DNA from: Winogradskyella sp.
GTDB taxonomy: Bacteria; Bacteroidota; Bacteroidia; Flavobacteriales; Flavobacteriaceae
Direction of reading: 5' to 3'
Length of the DNA stretch: 50,450 nt
Assembly: GCA_013003655.1 (NCBI GenBank)
Contig: JABDIQ010000180.1
Span: 1 to 50,450 of the forward strand
The translations under genes and the position numbers were made by a program. Within the stretch, counting starts at the first letter, position 1. Each line of letters opens with the position of its first letter. Shown one piece after another: positions 46,339 through 50,450 of the stretch. The notes beneath the pieces were generated by a model that was given only the letters and a program-made list of their open reading frames with translations, did no database searches and had not been told where the DNA came from.

Positions 46339-49182
46339 TTATTTAATGGTAAGTGTAGTTTTTTCGCCGCCTATTTTTACGTGGTAAACACCTTTGGGCA
46401 AATAGTATTTGCCCTCTGATGCTTTGTGATTGAGCGATTTTCCTGTCTCTTTTTCAAGGGCTTTTTTGCCTTTTTCATTTGTTTGAAGACTATACTTAAA
46501 ATGATTAAATCCTTTAACCGATTCAATATTATCTGAAAACAATGTACTCCCTTTCTCGGTCATTACCTTTACTTGATTAATACCACTTGAATTACTAAAA
46601 TACTCTATTATGACTTCAGGCTCATAAGGCTCTGACCATTGACTCCAAGAGTTTCCCCATCGACTTGAATATCTAATTTCTGTGGGTGCAAAAATTGTTA
46701 TGGGCTTAGAAATTACGTCAGTATTTACCAGTTGTAAATTTTCAATATTAGCTTTATAAATACTTCGGCCATGCGTACCAACAAGAAGGTGTTTGGCCTC
46801 TGGTTGCACAACCAAATCATGAACGGCAACATTTGGAAGTCCTTCAACAAATATGTCCCAATTAGCACCTTGGTTAAAAGACACATACGCGCCATTATCT
46901 GTCCCTATGTATAGAACATCCTCATTTGCTGGGTCTTCGTGTATTACATTTACTGGAGAGGCTGGGATGTTAGCACTAATGTCCTTCCATGTTTGTCCAA
47001 AATCATCACTCTTAAAAGCATACACTTCAAAATTATCCCAACGATAACCATTTAGAATTACATATACACGTTCTTTCTTATGCTGAGAGGCTACAACTCT
47101 GCTTACCCATAAATCTTGAGGAAAATTAGACGAAATGTTGGTCCAATTTGCTCCGGCATTTTTAGAAACGTGTACTAATCCGTCATCACTACCAACATAT
47201 ATTAAACCAAACTGAAATGGGCTTTCACTAATTGTTGTCAATGTTCCATAAGCTACATTCCCTGGTTTACCGCCTTTAGTAAGATCATCACTTATTGCTT
47301 CAAAATCATTGCCTTGATTCATGGAGCGCATGAGTTTATTACCACCTAGGTATAAAATGTCTTGGTTATGAGGTGATAATAAAATAGGTGTCTGCCAATT
47401 GAATCGATAAGGGTTTTCACCGAGTTGGTGTTTGGGCTGTATATAATTGCGTTCTCCTGAAGCTCTGTTTATTCTAAAATAATTTCCAAATTGATAGCCT
47501 GTATATACAATATCTGAATTACGACTATCTATCTGTATTTGCATACCATCGCCTCCCATTATAGATTCCCATGGGTATTGACCACTTTGGTGCCATCGAC
47601 TGTCCTCTCTTGCATTATGCGCTCCTACCCAAACGCCGTTATCTTGTAAACCACCATAGACGTTGTATGGTTTTTCATTGTCAACATTTATTGCATAAAA
47701 TTGACCAACGGATGGTGAGTTGTTTTTTATCCAATGCTCTCCATCATCATAAGTGATATTTACACCACCATCATTTCCGTTGATCAAATGATTGGGGTTT
47801 TTGGGATTTATCCATAATGCATGGTGGTCTGCGTGTACATTTTCCGCACTTATTGAAACAAACGTTTTTCCACCGTCCTTTGATTTTAATATAGGTACTC
47901 CGTAAATATAAATATGGTCTTGGTTAGCTGGTGAGACATAAATATGCCCAAAATAATAGCCATAACTAAAATAAATACCGTCTAAAAAGGTGTCGTGTGT
48001 TTTTTTCCAAGTACGTCCTGAATCTTCACTTTTATAAACCTCAGCACCAACTACAGGTGTATCAAATAACATTGAATTAGCATCTTCAAGGTATTTAGCT
48101 AGATCAATTGGTTTTACATTTCCAGAGCGTACCATTTGCTTTACACTTTGAGCACTATATTTATCAGGAAAACCATTAGTCTTTAAAAACTCGTTGAGCT
48201 TTTCATCATCTAACTCCAAAAATTTGGCATTAGTCATTTGCTTAAAATCATCTTTTACAAGGCCTTCTGATTCTTTTTTTTTATCGTCTGATGGACGTCT
48301 AAATTGACTATCATGTATAGCGTAAATTGTAGTGTCGTTAAACATAGCAATTCCTATTCTACCGACGCCCTCGCCTACAGGAAAACCACTATCTTCTGTA
48401 GATACCTTTGTCCATGTACTTCCGGCATCTGTACTTTTATAAATTCCAGAATTATTGCCATTCCCTGTAAAATTCCAAGCTTTTCGGTCCTTCGTCCAAG
48501 CCGTTGCGAACATAACATCAAAGTTATCTGGACTGTGTTGTAAATCAATTATTCCAGTTTCGTTATCTACAAATAGCGTTTGTGTCCATGTATTTCCGCC
48601 ATCTTTAGACGTGTAAATACCGCGTTGATCATTTGGAGAGTATAAGTGGCCAGTTACACCAACTACAATATGGTCCTTATCATTAGGATTAACCAAAATA
48701 CGGCCAATATGATGAGAATCTAACAATCCAATGTTGCTCCAAGATTTACCATTATCTGTTGATTTTAAAACACCAATACCTGCATACGAAGAACGCGATG
48801 CATTGTTTTCTCCAGTACCTACATAAATAGTACGAGATGGCCAATGTACTGCAATGTCACCTACATTTTGAGTTTCTGCATTATCTAGAATGGGCGTAAA
48901 AGATGTTCCATTATTAATGGTATGCCACAATCCTCCAGAAGCATATGCCACGTAAAACTCTGACGGTATCTCAGGATTTACAGCCAAATCCACAACACGG
49001 CCGCTCATAATTGTAGGACCAATATTTTCAAATTGAATTTGCTTTACTAAGGATGACGAAGTCATGGCCTGTTTTTGCTTTAAGGCATTATCAACAACAC
49101 TTTTTTCAGTAGACATTTGCTGAGCATATGTGCATAAAACACAAAAACTTAATAGGGCAATGGATAATCTTAATTTTGACAT
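46339..49182 (-). CDS. Secreted BNR/Asp-box repeat protein of the sortilin/VPS10-like (double beta-propeller) type
   Basis: It has a signal peptide (LCTYAQQ). At least eight SxDxGxTW-like boxes are present (STDNGKSWS, SKDGGNTWT, STDAGSTWT, SEDSGRTWK, SKDGGKTF, SKNAGANWT, SDDFGQTWK, FNQGANW). Confidence 0.8.
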   Translation of the reverse strand: MSKLRLSIALLSFCVLCTYAQQMSTEKSVVDNALKQKQAMTSSSLVKQIQFENIGPTIMSGRVVDLAVNPEIPSEFYVAYASGGLWHTINNGTSFTPILDNAETQNVGDIAVHWPSRTIYVGTGENNASRSSYAGIGVLKSTDNGKSWSNIGLLDSHHIGRILVNPNDKDHIVVGVTGHLYSPNDQRGIYTSKDGGNTWTQTLFVDNETGIIDLQHSPDNFDVMFATAWTKDRKAWNFTGNGNNSGIYKSTDAGSTWTKVSTEDSGFPVGEGVGRIGIAMFNDTTIYAIHDSQFRRPSDDKKKESEGLVKDDFKQMTNAKFLELDDEKLNEFLKTNGFPDKYSAQSVKQMVRSGNVKPIDLAKYLEDANSMLFDTPVVGAEVYKSEDSGRTWKKTHDTFLDGIYFSYGYYFGHIYVSPANQDHIYIYGVPILKSKDGGKTFVSISAENVHADHHALWINPKNPNHLINGNDGGVNITYDDGEHWIKNNSPSVGQFYAINVDNEKPYNVYGGLQDNGVWVGAHNAREDSRWHQSGQYPWESIMGGDGMQIQIDSRNSDIVYTGYQFGNYFRINRASGERNYIQPKHQLGENPYRFNWQTPILLSPHNQDILYLGGNKLMRSMNQGNDFEAISDDLTKGGKPGNVAYGTLTTISESPFQFGLIYVGSDDGLVHVSKNAGANWTNISSNFPQDLWVSRVVASQHKKERVYVILNGYRWDNFEVYAFKSDDFGQTWKDISANIPASPVNVIHEDPANEDVLYIGTDNGAYVSFNQGANWDIFVEGLPNVAVHDLVVQPEAKHLLVGTHGRSIYKANIENLQLVNTDVISKPITIFAPTEIRYSSRWGNSWSQWSEPYEPEVIIEYFSNSSGINQVKVMTEKGSTLFSDNIESVKGFNHFKYSLQTNEKGKKALEKETGKSLNHKASEGKYYLPKGVYHVKIGGEKTTLTIK

Positions 49183-49293
49183 TTGGTTAGTTTTTATAGA
49201 ACTTGAAAATTAACCAATCTTCAAGCAGCAACAAAATAGCTAATAAAAGTTTAACAGATTCTCATTACCTTTAAACCTTATAAAAACACAATA

Positions 49294-50450
49294 ATGAAAT
49301 ACGACTTAATTGATAATAATTTATTTATAAAAAATCGTAAAAATTTTGCTTCTCATATGAAGCCGAACAGCTTAGCTATTTTTAATTCCAATGATATCTA
49401 TCCAATTAGTGCAGACAGCACGTTGCCATTTGCACAACATCGTGATATTTTTTATTTAAGCGGTGTAGATCAGGAAGAAAGTATCTTAGTTTTATTTCCG
49501 GATTGTCCAAAAGAAAAGCATCGTGAAATATTGTTTTTGAAAGAAACGAACGATCACATTGCCGTTTGGGAAGGCGAAAAACTAACAAAAGAAAAAGCCT
49601 TTGAAACTTCGGGTATAAAAACAGTGTATTGGCTACAAGACTTAGAGAAAATTCTTTTTGAACTTATGACCCAATGCGAAACCATCTACATAAACACCAA
49701 TGAACATTATAGAGCTAGTGTAGAAACAGAAACTCGTGAAGATCGTTTTACCAAATGGTTAAAAGCCAAATATCCGGCTCATAATGTTGCAAAAAGTAAT
49801 CCAATATTACAACGGCTGCGTTCCATAAAAGATGCTATTGAAATTGACCTCATGCAACAAGCCTGTAACATTACCGAAAAAGGTTTTAGGCGCGTCCTTG
49901 ATTTTGTAAAACCAAACGTGTGGGAATATAATATAGAGGCGGAATATATGCATGAGTTTTTAAATAATAGGTCTAAAGGATTTGCCTATACGCCTATTAT
50001 AGCTTCAGGAAACAATGCCAACGTACTGCATTATATTGAAAATAACCAACAGTGTAAAGCTGGAGATTTAATACTTATGGATGTTGGTGCAGAGTATGCA
50101 AATTACTCTAGTGATATGACGCGTACCATCCCTGTTTCAGGAAAATTTTCAAAACGTCAGAAAGATGTATATAATGCCGTAAATAGAGTTAAAAACGAAG
50201 CTACAAAATTATTGGTTCCTGGGGCTTATTGGGAGCAATATCATGTCGAAGTTGGTAAATTAATGACTTCAGAATTAATAGGCCTAGGACTACTTGATAA
50301 GGCAGATGTACAGAACGAAAATAAAGATTGGCCTGCTTATAAAAAGTACTTTATGCACGGAACAAGTCATCATATAGGTCTTGATACGCATGATTACGGA
50401 TTACTTCATGAACCTATACAAGCCAATATGGTCTTTACAGTTGAGCCTGG
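49294..50450 (+). CDS. pepP: Xaa-Pro aminopeptidase (M24B), 5' fragment running off the window end; not listed in the supplied ORF track
   Basis: My own translation from the ATG at 49294 is open to the end of the window. It has the M24 metal-ligand blocks DVGAEYANYSSDMTRT, HGTSHHIGLDTHD and VEPG, and an N-terminal creatinase/prolidase-like domain. Confidence 0.85.
   Translation, partial: MKYDLIDNNLFIKNRKNFASHMKPNSLAIFNSNDIYPISADSTLPFAQHRDIFYLSGVDQEESILVLFPDCPKEKHREILFLKETNDHIAVWEGEKLTKEKAFETSGIKTVYWLQDLEKILFELMTQCETIYINTNEHYRASVETETREDRFTKWLKAKYPAHNVAKSNPILQRLRSIKDAIEIDLMQQACNITEKGFRRVLDFVKPNVWEYNIEAEYMHEFLNNRSKGFAYTPIIASGNNANVLHYIENNQQCKAGDLILMDVGAEYANYSSDMTRTIPVSGKFSKRQKDVYNAVNRVKNEATKLLVPGAYWEQYHVEVGKLMTSELIGLGLLDKADVQNENKDWPAYKKYFMHGTSHHIGLDTHDYGLLHEPIQANMVFTVEP

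Noticed and set aside
1-50450. Search for CRISPR arrays, tRNA/rRNA genes, IS elements, integrases, phage genes and flanking direct repeats of an island
   Set aside because: I found no regularly spaced direct repeats, no cloverleaf-like or rRNA-like segments in the short intergenic regions, and no transposase, integrase or recombinase-like ORFs. The window reads as core chromosome, apart from possibly the AlbA_2-like gene.

Overview
The window looks like low-GC chromosomal DNA from a Bacteroidota genome, probably a marine Flavobacteriaceae-type organism. This attribution is an inference from several observations: many SpII-type lipoproteins, a CarboxypepD_reg-type TonB-dependent receptor, a Bat/MoxR aerotolerance-like operon, a type-B sdhCAB operon, and a TTTG-N19-TAnnTTTG promoter upstream of rplU. 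Coding density is very high and most content is housekeeping. Housekeeping genes include an mfd 3' fragment, gpsA, pheS, cvpA, rplU-rpmA, sdhCAB, an M16 peptidase pair, an ALDH7-type dehydrogenase and a pepP 5' fragment. I found no rRNA, tRNA, CRISPR array, transposase, integrase or phage genes. Identifiable multi-gene modules: (1) a beta-carbonic anhydrase / SulP / tandem-Usp / SulP cluster at 6.7-11.7 kb. (2) An eight-gene moxR-DUF58-X-batA-batB-batC-batD-batE operon at 12.2-21.3 kb, whose third gene is unusually large. (3) An AKR-SDR pair followed by a low-GC AlbA_2/Schlafen-like gene at 21.6-24.4 kb. (4) A secreted EEP nuclease/phosphatase divergent from a TonB-dependent receptor plus a surface lipoprotein at 26.9-32.4 kb, possibly for extracellular nucleic acid or phosphate scavenging. 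(5) A membrane-anchored MutS-related ATPase at 39.6-41.4 kb. Other oddities are an L21 protein carrying a roughly 140 aa Lys/Ala-rich plus helix-hairpin-helix C-terminal extension, an HMA lipoprotein with a duplicated Cys-rich tail, and a roughly 250 nt polypyrimidine tract inside batC that produces several false ORFs. I see no clear-cut novel multi-gene system. The best candidates for poorly understood biology are the AlbA_2-like gene, the enlarged Bat-operon gene and the membrane MutS paralog. All family assignments come from motif reading by eye and need HMM or BLAST confirmation.
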